IMG/VR virus record: IMGVR_UViG_3300030058_000001
Length of the DNA: 60,131 nucleotides
From: a virus
Reading direction: 5' to 3' (one strand)
The position numbers and the translations under genes were made by a program. Below are positions 34,160 to 44,075 of the stretch, piece by piece (position 1 is the first letter of the stretch; each line of letters starts with the position of its first letter). The notes below the pieces were generated by a model. The model made no database searches. It was not told the origin of the DNA and saw only the letters and a list, made by a program, of their open reading frames with translations.

Positions 34160-35986
34160 TTAGAACGCGATACTCACGAGCGGCACCGTTGATGCCAACA
34201 CGGCACCAGTGGGAAAGTTAGCCATCAGTGAGGCGAACGAACCGGCAGCTTGGCCAGTAAGCTTCCAAGCCATCGCGCTCGTTATACCGCCCGCTGCCTG
34301 CCAAGCGGGAAGGTATGGACTCGGCCCAACGATTGTGAATAGCTGACTGACGGTTGTGCCCAACGAGTCGACTTTGAACACGATCCAATACAGGCCTGGA
34401 TCAAGGGGGCGCACAGGAGGATTCTGCGTCTTTACGCCAGCCGTTGTGCCGAGTGCGAGTGCTGCCGCCGCATGGACTTCAAAGACAAGCCCTTGCGGAT
34501 ACCCGATCCAATTCGGGTCGTTATACACGCCCCAACGAATATTGGACCCCGAGGTTGCCGGTGCATTACTTTGCTGACACGCAAACGTGACGGGAAGAAT
34601 GCGCATCTCCGTAAGGGCGAAAGGAATCGCAAACACATCCCCGGCTGCGCACGAATAGAGTGTCGACGACGATAAGCTCGCGCATTCCGGCAGATGATAT
34701 TGGCCCGTCAAGATCGGCCTACGCCGGGGGCCAGACCTCGAATTAGGGGTGGCGAATTGGGCTGACTCCCCCAGCGGAATACTTGGACGGCATAGTTGAA
34801 CGGCAGCGATGATCGCATCGCAACACTTTGCATTGCCGTACTCATTCGGGTGCAGACCGTCCGAGAAGTAAAGCGACGTGACACCGGTCGGCAAACTGTT
34901 GTTTTGATTCAATGCGCCGTCGAGATTAGCCAACTGCACCATCGAATCGAACTCCGCCACCACGCCCGCCATAATGACGTTCAACGCAGCCACATCGGCG
35001 TTCGGGCTTGTGACACTTACCGCGCCACTCCAATTCGTGTTTTGCGAGTACCCTTGGTAGCCAATCAAGAGCGGCCGTGGACAGTTCAGTACGATCACCG
35101 GGCCAGGATTGTAGGCTTCGAGCCATGCAGCATCGATGGCAGCGCTTCCACTGGCATCGACCTGGGTCAGCTTCAGGGTGATGGTCAATCCAGCCCCACT
35201 CGCGGGAACGGTGAAGCGCCTGCAAACATAACCAAAGGCGAGTGTCTGGCCCCCTACGGCGGCGTTGCCGCCCGTGTAGGTGGTCGATCCATTGCCATTC
35301 GTACCCAACAGGACATCGATATAACTGGTGACCGTTCCGCCCCAGGTCCACGTTCCACCCGCGGTGCCGGAGGTAGAAATAAGGCCAAATCCAATGACAC
35401 CGCCAGTCCAGTCAGTAGGCACCGTGTAGGTTGCCGTTGAGGTACCTGCTGAATCTATGACTGTGACCTTTTTGATGCTGCCACTGGAGTAATCACCGGT
35501 ACTGGTTGCACCCACCGTTGGCGCAACCGTCGAGAAGTTCGTTCCGAACGAGGTCCAGCGAGTTGCGTTCGTAATGTAGTGAATCACCGATGAGCGAAAA
35601 CGTGAAATGGCAGCACGCAGGCAATGCGGATATGTTTGTACATAGCTGGGAAGATTCGCCACCGGGGTATTGCCGATGTCATTTACGCCCCACACTAAGA
35701 AGCAGCCACCCGCATCACCGGCAGCATACGGCCACGCGGTACGGGCCGGTTTGGTTATCTGATTCAGAAATTGCGGATAACCACCATTCGAGGCGATGGT
35801 ATAGGTCAGCTTCGCACCGCCAACACAAAAATTGCGGAAGTCCGACCATTCAATCCCGAGCGCTGCGCGAAGCGCCCCATCCATCCGATCCGTATTATCG
35901 AACCCGCCCGCCGTACCGGCAAAGAACGAGTGTCCGTACGCATCCCAAAAGGGGACTTGCAGATTAGCTGCTGGAATGTAAGTCAT
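34160..35986 (-). CDS. tail-associated SGNH/GDSL-type hydrolase (esterase)
   Basis: FLVWGVNDIGN (Gly/Asn blocks) and SDGLHPNEYG (D-x-x-H block), followed by a long C-terminal beta-rich region. Start set to ATG 35986. Confidence 0.55.
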   Translation of the reverse strand: MTYIPAANLQVPFWDAYGHSFFAGTAGGFDNTDRMDGALRAALGIEWSDFRNFCVGGAKLTYTIASNGGYPQFLNQITKPARTAWPYAAGDAGGCFLVWGVNDIGNTPVANLPSYVQTYPHCLRAAISRFRSSVIHYITNATRWTSFGTNFSTVAPTVGATSTGDYSSGSIKKVTVIDSAGTSTATYTVPTDWTGGVIGFGLISTSGTAGGTWTWGGTVTSYIDVLLGTNGNGSTTYTGGNAAVGGQTLAFGYVCRRFTVPASGAGLTITLKLTQVDASGSAAIDAAWLEAYNPGPVIVLNCPRPLLIGYQGYSQNTNWSGAVSVTSPNADVAALNVIMAGVVAEFDSMVQLANLDGALNQNNSLPTGVTSLYFSDGLHPNEYGNAKCCDAIIAAVQLCRPSIPLGESAQFATPNSRSGPRRRPILTGQYHLPECASLSSSTLYSCAAGDVFAIPFALTEMRILPVTFACQQSNAPATSGSNIRWGVYNDPNWIGYPQGLVFEVHAAAALALGTTAGVKTQNPPVRPLDPGLYWIVFKVDSLGTTVSQLFTIVGPSPYLPAWQAAGGITSAMAWKLTGQAAGSFASLMANFPTGAVLASTVPLVSIAF

Positions 35987-36005
35987 GCGATAAACCTTTC
36001 CCTTC

Positions 36006-37310
36006 TTATGTGATCCAGAAATTCGACCCATCCCAAACCATGTCGACGGACTGGTATTGAATCGAGAGCGTCATGCTGGCCGAGCGATCAATCGTGCCTG
36101 ACACCGGCGTGATGGTGACAACTCCGGTGCCGATGTTTTTTATGGTCAAGTTCTGTCCGACAAGCAAGCCTGAAGTAGTAACCGTGACTGTGGTCGCTGA
36201 GGCAGAATTCATCAGCACATAACTGTCGGTGATCAGCGTAGTGTAATTGGCTGTTTTGCTCTGAAAACCCCCAAAGGTAGCAATGCCGGTCACGACGAGG
36301 TTTCCGGTCTCCGTCAGATTGCCGGAGGCGTCCCAGCGAGCGCCGCCCGAGTAAGCGCCGTCAGCGATAACGAAGCCTGTTGTACCGCTGTAAAGTATCC
36401 CCGAATCTAGCGCCTGGATGATCCCGCCGGCTCCAATCGATCCGCCATAGAGTCCTATTCCGTTAGAACCGTTGACGATGTTTATCGCTTGCCCGGTCGT
36501 GGTTATAATCACTCCCAAGGTATTGATGTATGACGTGGTGGTGAGTGAAGCCGCACTGACCGCGCCGCTTACCGCAAGGGTGCCCGTGATCCCCACGTTG
36601 CCGCTGAAGGCCGTCGCGGACATCGTGGCAGGGAGTCGCGCCGCGGCTAGCGTACCGCTCGCGATATTAGAAGCGATCGTCGTGTCCGTCGTCGCCGAAG
36701 GCGCGAAGGCCGTTCCGTTGGTTTTCGTGACCACGAGAGCGCCGGCGATCGACAGAGTGCCATCCCCGCTGATCGTCTTCGGCGCGTAGGCGCTGGCTGA
36801 CTGCGCGATGGGAATCTGAGCTGACGCCGGCGCCGTGGCCGTGGCGAGGCCTCCCTGGCCCACCACGAGAGGTGTAGAGAGCGCTGTGGCGGTTGCTGCA
36901 TTCCCGGTCGTAGACTGATTGAAGGTCGGGAAGTTCGTGAGATTCGCCGCGCTGAAGGTAGGCGCTGCCGCAAAGCCTGGAGCTGCCGTGCTCCCCGTGA
37001 AATTACCGAAGACTGAGTTCGCCGCCACTGTTGCCGCCCCGGTTCCGCCATTAGCAACCGCGACGGTGCCTGTGACGTTCGCAGCCGTCCCAGTCGTGCT
37101 CTGATTGAGTGTGGGGATGTCGGTGGCTACCAGAGCGCGCAGAGACGAAATGCCGGTCGCCGCTGCTGGCGTCGCAACGACCAAGCCTTGTGCTCCCGAA
37201 GGAAGCGTCGGAACCTGAGCCGATATATTGCCAGACCCATCCATTTGCCAGGTCGCGTTGACGTTTCCCGATGTGGCAGCCGGAGTCGTATTGCTAAAAT
37301 TTCCACTCAT
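36006..37310 (-). CDS. tail fibre protein (shaft and tip) sharing repeat cassettes with 37500..38933
   Basis: IPTLNQSTTGTAANVTG and LTNFPTFNQSTTGNAATATAL cassettes. Ala/Thr/Gly-rich. Confidence 0.65.
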   Translation of the reverse strand: MSGNFSNTTPAATSGNVNATWQMDGSGNISAQVPTLPSGAQGLVVATPAAATGISSLRALVATDIPTLNQSTTGTAANVTGTVAVANGGTGAATVAANSVFGNFTGSTAAPGFAAAPTFSAANLTNFPTFNQSTTGNAATATALSTPLVVGQGGLATATAPASAQIPIAQSASAYAPKTISGDGTLSIAGALVVTKTNGTAFAPSATTDTTIASNIASGTLAAARLPATMSATAFSGNVGITGTLAVSGAVSAASLTTTSYINTLGVIITTTGQAINIVNGSNGIGLYGGSIGAGGIIQALDSGILYSGTTGFVIADGAYSGGARWDASGNLTETGNLVVTGIATFGGFQSKTANYTTLITDSYVLMNSASATTVTVTTSGLLVGQNLTIKNIGTGVVTITPVSGTIDRSASMTLSIQYQSVDMVWDGSNFWIT

Positions 37311-37495
37311 AGCGGAGTCACTCCGTTCACCGTTATGCCGCCGCTCGGAGCATTCACGCCATTCACACTGATAGACGTGCTGCCACCAGCGTCTACATAG
37401 CTCTTCGTGGCCGCGTCCTGCGGATTGACTGGGTTCGAAACGGAGGAAATTGGGTTTCCACCGAGATCGATCGGACTGAGATACTCAATCGTCAT
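37307..37495 (-). CDS. stand-alone tail-fibre N-terminal anchor module (62 aa)
   Basis: MTIEYLSPIDLGGNPISSVSNPVNPQDAATKSYVD parallels the N-terminus of 37500..38933 (MAITYLSPINL...PVNPNDAATKTYVD). ATGA-coupled to 36006..37310. Confidence 0.5.
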   Translation of the reverse strand: MTIEYLSPIDLGGNPISSVSNPVNPQDAATKSYVDAGGSTSISVNGVNAPSGGITVNGVTPL

Positions 37496-37499
37496 TGGA

Positions 37500-38933
37500 T
37501 TAGCCCATGACCACAACGCGATACTGAGCCGTGGTCGGTGCCGTGGCGAAGATCAGCGTCAGCGTGTTGGTGCTGGTGAGCTGTACATCGCACATCACGA
37601 CGTTGAACGGCGTCGTCGCAAGATACACCTTGGCCTGAACATCCTGGGTGCCGAGGTTATGCGTCACGACGATGCTCGTGGTCGATCCGTCTCCCACGTT
37701 CGCTGCAAACCTTGTCATGAAGCCGAGGCCGGTCTTTGCGGCCGCTGCGGTCGCGCCGCCTGTTCCTCCGGATGTGACCGCAAGCGTGCTCGAGAGCCCT
37801 GCAGCAGTTCCAGACGTGTTTTGATTCAGCGTAGGAAACGCTGTCATGTTTGCTGCTGAAAGAGCCGGCGCGTTCGTTAGAGTGGGTGCAACGGCAGCGG
37901 ACCCGGACCCGTGCGATACGACAACCATGTCGCTCGCCGCAGTGTTCCCTGCCAGAAACGCCGTAGTGCTCGCCGCAGACTGATAATGGATGGACCCAAT
38001 CGCACCCCCTGCTACGTTGGTCGTTGTGCCAGCCGTCGTCGCTGTCGCTGCATTCCCGGTTGTGCTCTGATTGAGCGTCGGGAAACTTGTCATATTTGCC
38101 GCGCTCAACGCTGGCGCATTTGAGAGTGTCGGCGCTGCTGCCGTTGATCCCGTTCCGTGCGACACCAGGACCGTATCCGTCGCCGCGGTGTTTCCCGAAA
38201 GCATCAAAGTGGTACTTGCCGCAGACTGGTAAGGTATAGAGCCGAGAACGCCCGCGCTCAGGTTGGTCGCTGTGGGCGAGGTCCCAGAGAATTGCACCCA
38301 GGCGACCGATGTCGTTCCAGGAGTAATCGTTCCCTGCGTGTTGACAACATAGGCAGCACCCTGATTGACCGTGCCATCTTCGACGAACACGAAAGCGCCC
38401 GCGGTGTAGTTAGTCGACGAGTTGCAGTCAGCCGAGCGAACAGGAGCGCCCGAAGAGCTGACGACATAAATTCCGTTGTCTGAACCGCTGGCCTGATTCT
38501 TGATGAGAATGCGCTGGCCGGTTGCGAGCGTGACGCCATCGATGATCTGACCGCTCGCGAAGGACGTCGCTAGCGTTCCCGCAACCGTGGTGGCCACCGC
38601 GACCGATGCTTTGACGCTAAGTCCAAGCGCAGACTGATCAACATAGGTTTTCGTCGCGGCATCGTTCGGATTCACTGGTTGCGCGAGATTGGTAAGCGAT
38701 TGATTATTGAAGCTCAGAGTCGATTGCGGCACAGCAAACTGATCGAGTCTGTTAACCAGCGACGCCAGCGTCTGAACCGCCGTGCCGTCATATACGTGCA
38801 GCGTGTGGGTGCTCGTGTTCTCCCAAATCTGACCTTCGACGGGCGTGCTCGGATCAGTACCAAGATTCTGAATCCTCGCATTTTGGAGTTCCTGCTGGCT
38901 GAGGTTTATCGGGCTTAGATACGTGATGGCCAT
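37500..38933 (-). CDS. tail fibre protein with an internal 82-aa tandem duplication
   Basis: Fibre N-terminus. SAANMT(S/A)FPTLNQ.T.G.AA... unit repeated (DNA about 37820-38015 vs 38066-38260). Confidence 0.7.
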   Translation of the reverse strand: MAITYLSPINLSQQELQNARIQNLGTDPSTPVEGQIWENTSTHTLHVYDGTAVQTLASLVNRLDQFAVPQSTLSFNNQSLTNLAQPVNPNDAATKTYVDQSALGLSVKASVAVATTVAGTLATSFASGQIIDGVTLATGQRILIKNQASGSDNGIYVVSSSGAPVRSADCNSSTNYTAGAFVFVEDGTVNQGAAYVVNTQGTITPGTTSVAWVQFSGTSPTATNLSAGVLGSIPYQSAASTTLMLSGNTAATDTVLVSHGTGSTAAAPTLSNAPALSAANMTSFPTLNQSTTGNAATATTAGTTTNVAGGAIGSIHYQSAASTTAFLAGNTAASDMVVVSHGSGSAAVAPTLTNAPALSAANMTAFPTLNQNTSGTAAGLSSTLAVTSGGTGGATAAAAKTGLGFMTRFAANVGDGSTTSIVVTHNLGTQDVQAKVYLATTPFNVVMCDVQLTSTNTLTLIFATAPTTAQYRVVVMG

Positions 38934-38948
38934 GTGAAGACGTCTCCT

Positions 38949-39659
38949 TTAGACGAGCACCGCTGTACCGCTGAAAGCTGCTGAAAAGGTAAGGGTGACC
39001 TGATTGAGTGAGTCATAGTGAACGGAGCCTATGACCCAATTGCCGCTGCTGTCTATCACCGTGACGGCGGGATAAGTGCCTAAGTCATGCGCGATCACCC
39101 AGACGTAAGCTGGAGAACTCTGAACGAACATGAACGGCTCGGGGCCAGTGCCACCGCCGCCGCCCTCGTCCGTATCGTTGAGTTCAATAAAAAGATCACC
39201 GTTGACACCGAGGCCTACTGTCGGATCTGCGGTTCCGTCATAGATCGTCGTCCCGACAACGCCTCGCGCGCTGAAATAGTTGGTTCCGTTGGTCGCAATG
39301 ATCACGCCGCAGGTCGGCTGCAAGTTCAGCCCGCTGCCGCCGTCGAGCGTCAGACTTCCTGGACTAACCGCAACAATACCAGCGCCATTATTCGCGACGC
39401 TCACTGTCCACTGTGCGAAAGGCGGAAGCGTCGGCAGAGTCAGCGTGACCGCAACGGCTGACTCGAAGACGAGCAGCAGACCACAGTCAGATGCTGTGGC
39501 TGTGTAGCTTGCAACCTTGATCGCGGTGCCGCCCGTGTTCGGCACCCCGAGCGATACCGAGGTGAGCGGGACCCCCCCATCAGTTTGCGGCTTCGCATTC
39601 TGATAGCCAGCGAGTGGTGCCGGATCAGTGCTATTGAGAAAGACCCCTTGCGATGCCAT
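38949..39659 (-). CDS. tail or baseplate-associated protein
   Basis: Start at ATG 39659, overlapping the stop of the host-specificity gene. Position between the gpJ-like gene and the fibres. Confidence 0.5.
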   Translation of the reverse strand: MASQGVFLNSTDPAPLAGYQNAKPQTDGGVPLTSVSLGVPNTGGTAIKVASYTATASDCGLLLVFESAVAVTLTLPTLPPFAQWTVSVANNGAGIVAVSPGSLTLDGGSGLNLQPTCGVIIATNGTNYFSARGVVGTTIYDGTADPTVGLGVNGDLFIELNDTDEGGGGGTGPEPFMFVQSSPAYVWVIAHDLGTYPAVTVIDSSGNWVIGSVHYDSLNQVTLTFSAAFSGTAVLV

Positions 39660-42600
39660 CAGGAGCCCACCAGAAAGGCGTCGGGCGCTGGCTCCCCGCC
39701 AGGTAGAGACAGAGCAGCAACGGCGCTGGCGTTTACCTGAATCGCGCCCATGTAGATGTATCCGCTCGCGTCGCACTTTTCCGTGGTCATCTCAGCGAAG
39801 ACCTGAAGCGGACTAGTGCTGCCTGCATCCCCGTAGAAATCAGGATCAGCAATCGTGATGTAATACCACTGCGGCGCTGTTGGTGCGGGGATCGTGATCG
39901 TTCTCGCGTTATAGAGAAGCGTCACGGCGGCAAAGGACACGGACACCGCGGCTAGTGCGATCGTCGTCGAGTTCGTCTGCGTCAGCGCGACGGCAGGCGT
40001 GTTGCTATAAGTCGCGTAACTCGCGACCGTTGTGCCGCCGCCGCCGCCGCCAGCAGTTGCGCCCGTTCCGCTGCCAAGCGCAAAGCCCGCCGCTGAAAGC
40101 TCGTCCGTCGTGCTCCATTCATAGACAGACGGGTCCGTCTCCTGAACGTCGATTTCGCTGCCCAGCAGAGTGACGTCGTTGCCGTCAATCTGCTGCTTAT
40201 TCATCGTGAAGCGATGCGCGCTGATTTCCAGAAGCTTGCCAGTCCAACCGAGAAGCGGGAGCGTCATCTCGATAATGTCGAGAACGGTTGCCTGGTACAT
40301 TGCCATGTTGAAGATGAACGTTCCGGTCCCTTGCTGACGCCGCCGCAGTAGCTCTATCTTGCATAGGCGCTGCGCGCACGCGACCGAGATCGTAAACGGA
40401 AGCTGGATGTCGAGCCACCGCCTGTCGCCACCATCGGCAGCGAGATTCGCATCTCCGAAGGGAAACATCGGAGAGCCGCTATAGTAGCCGTGGTCGTTGT
40501 CCTGCGCATAAGGCGGAATGTCGCTCGCCTCCCAGTTATTGACGGGGCTAATGTAGGTTCCTTTGACCCCGTTATAGAGATCGCGTATGGCGAGTTTCTG
40601 CCTCCATCTGAATGGCCCCGCGGCATTTACAAGAGGGTTGATTGCAAGATTCGAACCAACGGGTGGCGTCGCCTCCGAAGCGCTGGTGTAGTAGATCGCG
40701 ATGCCCACGAAAGAAATGATGATGGTCTGCGGCAGCGCGCCGCCGACCCCGGCAAGACGTAACCCAATGGTGCAACCTGTGACCGTTGCTGCGGTCAATT
40801 CAGTCTCAAGCTTCCCAAAGAATTGCTGTGCCGGAAACGTGCCGTTGGGAATGTTCCCACCGACCAGACCAGTGTAGTTCTGGGGTTCCCACTGCCACGG
40901 GAAAACGCCTGACCCTGCGGCCCAGATACCACCAGCCCCGTTTTCTGAAGACGGCGAAGCCAGCGTAAGCATCGGATAGATAGCCTGAATTACTGCGTCG
41001 CCAGGGAGCGTCGGCATGACAAAGCCGCTCCATGCCGCGCCCGTAAATCCGCCTGGGTTTACGGTCGTTTGCTGGCCGTCAGGTCCTACGTAGATATTGC
41101 CGGAGTTATAGTTGATCAGCTCAAGATAACCACCCGCCGAATTCCCTTCACTCGCGGCCCAGGCATCAAACCCGGCGACAGTCACGTTGATATTGCCAAC
41201 GTCGCCCACTGAACTATCCGTACCAGTCGAAGCGGTCGTCGGGTAGGCCCAGGCGACATATTCGCCGCTTGTCACAGGGGGCAAGCTTCCCAAGGGCACA
41301 GCACCGGTCCACGCGGCGGGCCAGATGACGAACTGGCCGCTAGAGTAGGTGAGTCGCCCTCCGCAACTCGTAAGCATGTTCTGAAGCACTTCGCCGCGCT
41401 TCATCTCAAGATTGAACTGACCGTTCAAAGCGTACCGTGATTCCGTTCCACCTTCCGCCAGCGGGACGGCCTCGTCGCAGATGTTGGCAGCGGCGATTAA
41501 CTGCGGAAGCGGAATCTCCGTTCCATACGGGGACCCGAAGCCCCACACTGGATGGGCGAGATAGTCAGCAATGCACAGCGCCGCGTTTTCAGTGTAGCCC
41601 GCGGTCGGACTGGCCACCGTATTGCTCGCTTGCATGGACACAGCTGCGACGGTGATGTCATAGACGGTGTGGCTCATATCGTCATGGCTGTCAGTAAACG
41701 CCATGACCTGGACTTGACTCATGTCCTGCGTGAGCGGCAGGAGAACAGAGTCGTAGCCGAGCGGATGCGCCACGAGGTTATAAAGCTCCGTGAAGCTGTT
41801 GCCTCCATCGAGCGAATACCAGATCCCGGCGCTTCGCTGCGTGACCGGGGCATTACTGGCGGTCAGTGGAATCTCCGAGAGCACGTTCAAATACAACTGC
41901 TGGGAGGCAACAGAGGAGAACGACCAGATACAGCCAGCATACTTGTGGTCGTGATAGATGCTTACCGACGCAGCCGTCGTTGTGTCATTATCCACAGCCG
42001 CATCCGGACTGAGATATGGGTAGGTCGTGTCATCGTTTAGACCCCAGTTTGTCGCCTCGTCCTGGCCAAGCTCGTATGGTCCAGCGTGCACATTGTTACC
42101 CCAGCCGTTCAGGAGAGTCGTTGGGCGAGCAACGACAGCGGTACTCGGTGCTCCTGGCGCCCCAGTGCGCGGATCGTAGATTCCGCTTTTTCCGCTAACG
42201 TGAAAGCTGATCGTCGGTAGACCGTTTGCGAAGATAGCGTCTGAGTAATGCAAACGCAGGAAGACGGACGTCTTCCCGAGCAGCATGCAGGTGGGCCCCC
42301 ACGGATTATTCGCATTGAGAACGGGCGTCCGACTGAGGTCCCCATCATAGGGAGTTCCGCTGACCATGCCGGGGAACGTTGCGGTGTGATTGCCGAGCAG
42401 CACTTCCATGTGAACTTTCGCGCCGTAGTTCGGCCACATGGTCTTGACTACCCCTGAGTTTGCAATGCTTGCGACCTGCGCACCGCCACAGAGATAAGTC
42501 AGCGTCGTCGGATTGACGATGGTCATCGGAAACGTGCCGTTGAAGGTGCGATCCGAGACGCTCTCGACGATGAGCGAATCGCCTTCCTCAAGGTCAGTGA

Positions 42601-43063
42601 CAGCGTACGGCAACACCAGTGTTACCACGTCGTTCGTGCGACTGACGCTGACGAGGTGGAGAGTCTGCTGGGTGGGCGGGAAGCAGCATCCATTGGCGTC
42701 CAGTCGAAGCCGCTGGCCGTCGAACAGCAGCGCATCGACGCTCGCGCATGGATGGCCCGCGAGGACGATGACCATGTCGCACCATTGATTGTTCGTGCCC
42801 CACTCGCCCACATAGACCAGCGTGCCGCCGACTTTGGCTCGGCCATAAATGATGTTCCACGGCTCGATCGGATTCCGGCGCGTGGTGTGCGTGCCGCCGA
42901 CCGTTCCGCTCAGCAGCGTACCGATGCCGCTCATCACCATGCCCGCACCGGCAGTGATCAGCAGCATGGTGGCAGGCGTCGCGAAGCCAGCCGACAGCAC
43001 CGTGAAGGTGATCCCAGCCGCGACCATTGCCGCGCCAGCTGCAATATCGACCCACTTGCTCAT
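39659..43063 (-). CDS. host-specificity / central tail protein (lambda gpJ / RcGTA g15-like)
   Basis: 1134 aa. N-terminal NPIEPWNIIYGRAKVGGTLVYVG after a hydrophobic leader. Follows the NlpC/P60 gene as in lambda K-J and GTA g14-g15. Start at the ATGA overlap 43063. Confidence 0.7.
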   Translation of the reverse strand: MSKWVDIAAGAAMVAAGITFTVLSAGFATPATMLLITAGAGMVMSGIGTLLSGTVGGTHTTRRNPIEPWNIIYGRAKVGGTLVYVGEWGTNNQWCDMVIVLAGHPCASVDALLFDGQRLRLDANGCCFPPTQQTLHLVSVSRTNDVVTLVLPYAVTDLEEGDSLIVESVSDRTFNGTFPMTIVNPTTLTYLCGGAQVASIANSGVVKTMWPNYGAKVHMEVLLGNHTATFPGMVSGTPYDGDLSRTPVLNANNPWGPTCMLLGKTSVFLRLHYSDAIFANGLPTISFHVSGKSGIYDPRTGAPGAPSTAVVARPTTLLNGWGNNVHAGPYELGQDEATNWGLNDDTTYPYLSPDAAVDNDTTTAASVSIYHDHKYAGCIWSFSSVASQQLYLNVLSEIPLTASNAPVTQRSAGIWYSLDGGNSFTELYNLVAHPLGYDSVLLPLTQDMSQVQVMAFTDSHDDMSHTVYDITVAAVSMQASNTVASPTAGYTENAALCIADYLAHPVWGFGSPYGTEIPLPQLIAAANICDEAVPLAEGGTESRYALNGQFNLEMKRGEVLQNMLTSCGGRLTYSSGQFVIWPAAWTGAVPLGSLPPVTSGEYVAWAYPTTASTGTDSSVGDVGNINVTVAGFDAWAASEGNSAGGYLELINYNSGNIYVGPDGQQTTVNPGGFTGAAWSGFVMPTLPGDAVIQAIYPMLTLASPSSENGAGGIWAAGSGVFPWQWEPQNYTGLVGGNIPNGTFPAQQFFGKLETELTAATVTGCTIGLRLAGVGGALPQTIIISFVGIAIYYTSASEATPPVGSNLAINPLVNAAGPFRWRQKLAIRDLYNGVKGTYISPVNNWEASDIPPYAQDNDHGYYSGSPMFPFGDANLAADGGDRRWLDIQLPFTISVACAQRLCKIELLRRRQQGTGTFIFNMAMYQATVLDIIEMTLPLLGWTGKLLEISAHRFTMNKQQIDGNDVTLLGSEIDVQETDPSVYEWSTTDELSAAGFALGSGTGATAGGGGGGTTVASYATYSNTPAVALTQTNSTTIALAAVSVSFAAVTLLYNARTITIPAPTAPQWYYITIADPDFYGDAGSTSPLQVFAEMTTEKCDASGYIYMGAIQVNASAVAALSLPGGEPAPDAFLVGS

Positions 43064-43491
43064 ACTCTCCAAACGCGCATGGCGCGGGTCATTGGAATTT
43101 GGATAAGACCGCGACGATAACAAACCATGATTTCGCGCCCGTTGAGTGCGATCATGCCGAGCGAGAAACCGCCCGCTCTGCGCATCAGAGCAACATCGCC
43201 GCGCTGGCACAGCAGAATCGTGGTTTCAGTCATCGTGAACTTTCTGGTAATGAGTTCGGTGATTGCTTGCACGGACTCCGACCCGGTTTGCGCACGCATA
43301 AGACGCCGTGCTTCCATGGCCGTGGAATATCGACCGCGAAAGTCCGCAGCCACATCCGTGTCGGTCATCTCGCGAATTGCGTCGCACACGAATAAACAGC
43401 AATCAAAGGAGCCGTATCTGAAGGGCTGGCCTGCGTGCTGGCGCAGATAGTTCTGAAGACGGGCCTGCCAATCGCTGCGCCGTATCAACAT
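43060..43491 (-). CDS. NlpC/P60-family tail peptidase (lambda gpK / GTA g14-like)
   Basis: PFRYGSFDCCLFVCDAI (catalytic Cys context). Synteny. Confidence 0.6.
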   Translation of the reverse strand: MLIRRSDWQARLQNYLRQHAGQPFRYGSFDCCLFVCDAIREMTDTDVAADFRGRYSTAMEARRLMRAQTGSESVQAITELITRKFTMTETTILLCQRGDVALMRRAGGFSLGMIALNGREIMVCYRRGLIQIPMTRAMRVWRV

Positions 43492-43496
43492 GAGCG

Positions 43497-44075
43497 TTAG
43501 AGATTATTGACGCAGGAAGCCGTGTGGCCCCAGAAGATGGTGACGTCCTGGATGGCGTTGACGAAGGACAGGCCGGTATCGCCGGGATAGTCGAGCTGCT
43601 GATCCTCGTTCGTATAGCGGCGGTCGACTGCGACATTCATTTCGACAAGTCTGTTTTCGCAAGCAATCGAGATGCTTGCAGTGCTTCCGTCCACGTCCAG
43701 CGTTGGTTGGTCCATCCGCCCCGACCAGGCAATGAGCGGCGTGTCGATAAGTGCTCCCGCCGCGAAGAAACCCAGATACACGATGACGGGTAGACCAACC
43801 TGAAACTCGTCGGTGATGCCTGTCAGCAACGTCGGGTCCATCGCGCTCAGTGTCAACGTGATCCCCTTCGCTTCAATCGTTGCGCCTTCCTCGATCGTCG
43901 CGACAGAGCCGAGAGTCCCGATACCTTTCCAAGTGTTGCCGCCCCACACCGTCGTACCGATGCCACTCCACATGTAGACCGGACCCGAAGCAAACGACGC
44001 CACAACAAAGAGGGCTGGCTGAATGTTGGGCGACGTGATCGCAGCGAGTTGCGCTGGGGTCATCGGGCGTGACAC
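43497..44075 (-). CDS. minor tail protein (lambda gpL / GTA g13-like)
   Basis: Synteny between the distal tail gene and the NlpC/P60 gene. W.G.G.LG.v..IEE pattern. Confidence 0.55.
   Translation of the reverse strand: MSRPMTPAQLAAITSPNIQPALFVVASFASGPVYMWSGIGTTVWGGNTWKGIGTLGSVATIEEGATIEAKGITLTLSAMDPTLLTGITDEFQVGLPVIVYLGFFAAGALIDTPLIAWSGRMDQPTLDVDGSTASISIACENRLVEMNVAVDRRYTNEDQQLDYPGDTGLSFVNAIQDVTIFWGHTASCVNNL

Noticed and set aside
33007-39659. Diversity-generating retroelement acting on the fibre genes
   Set aside because: No reverse transcriptase ORF exists anywhere in the window. The repeats are in-frame protein-module duplications, not a template/variable pair differing at adenines.
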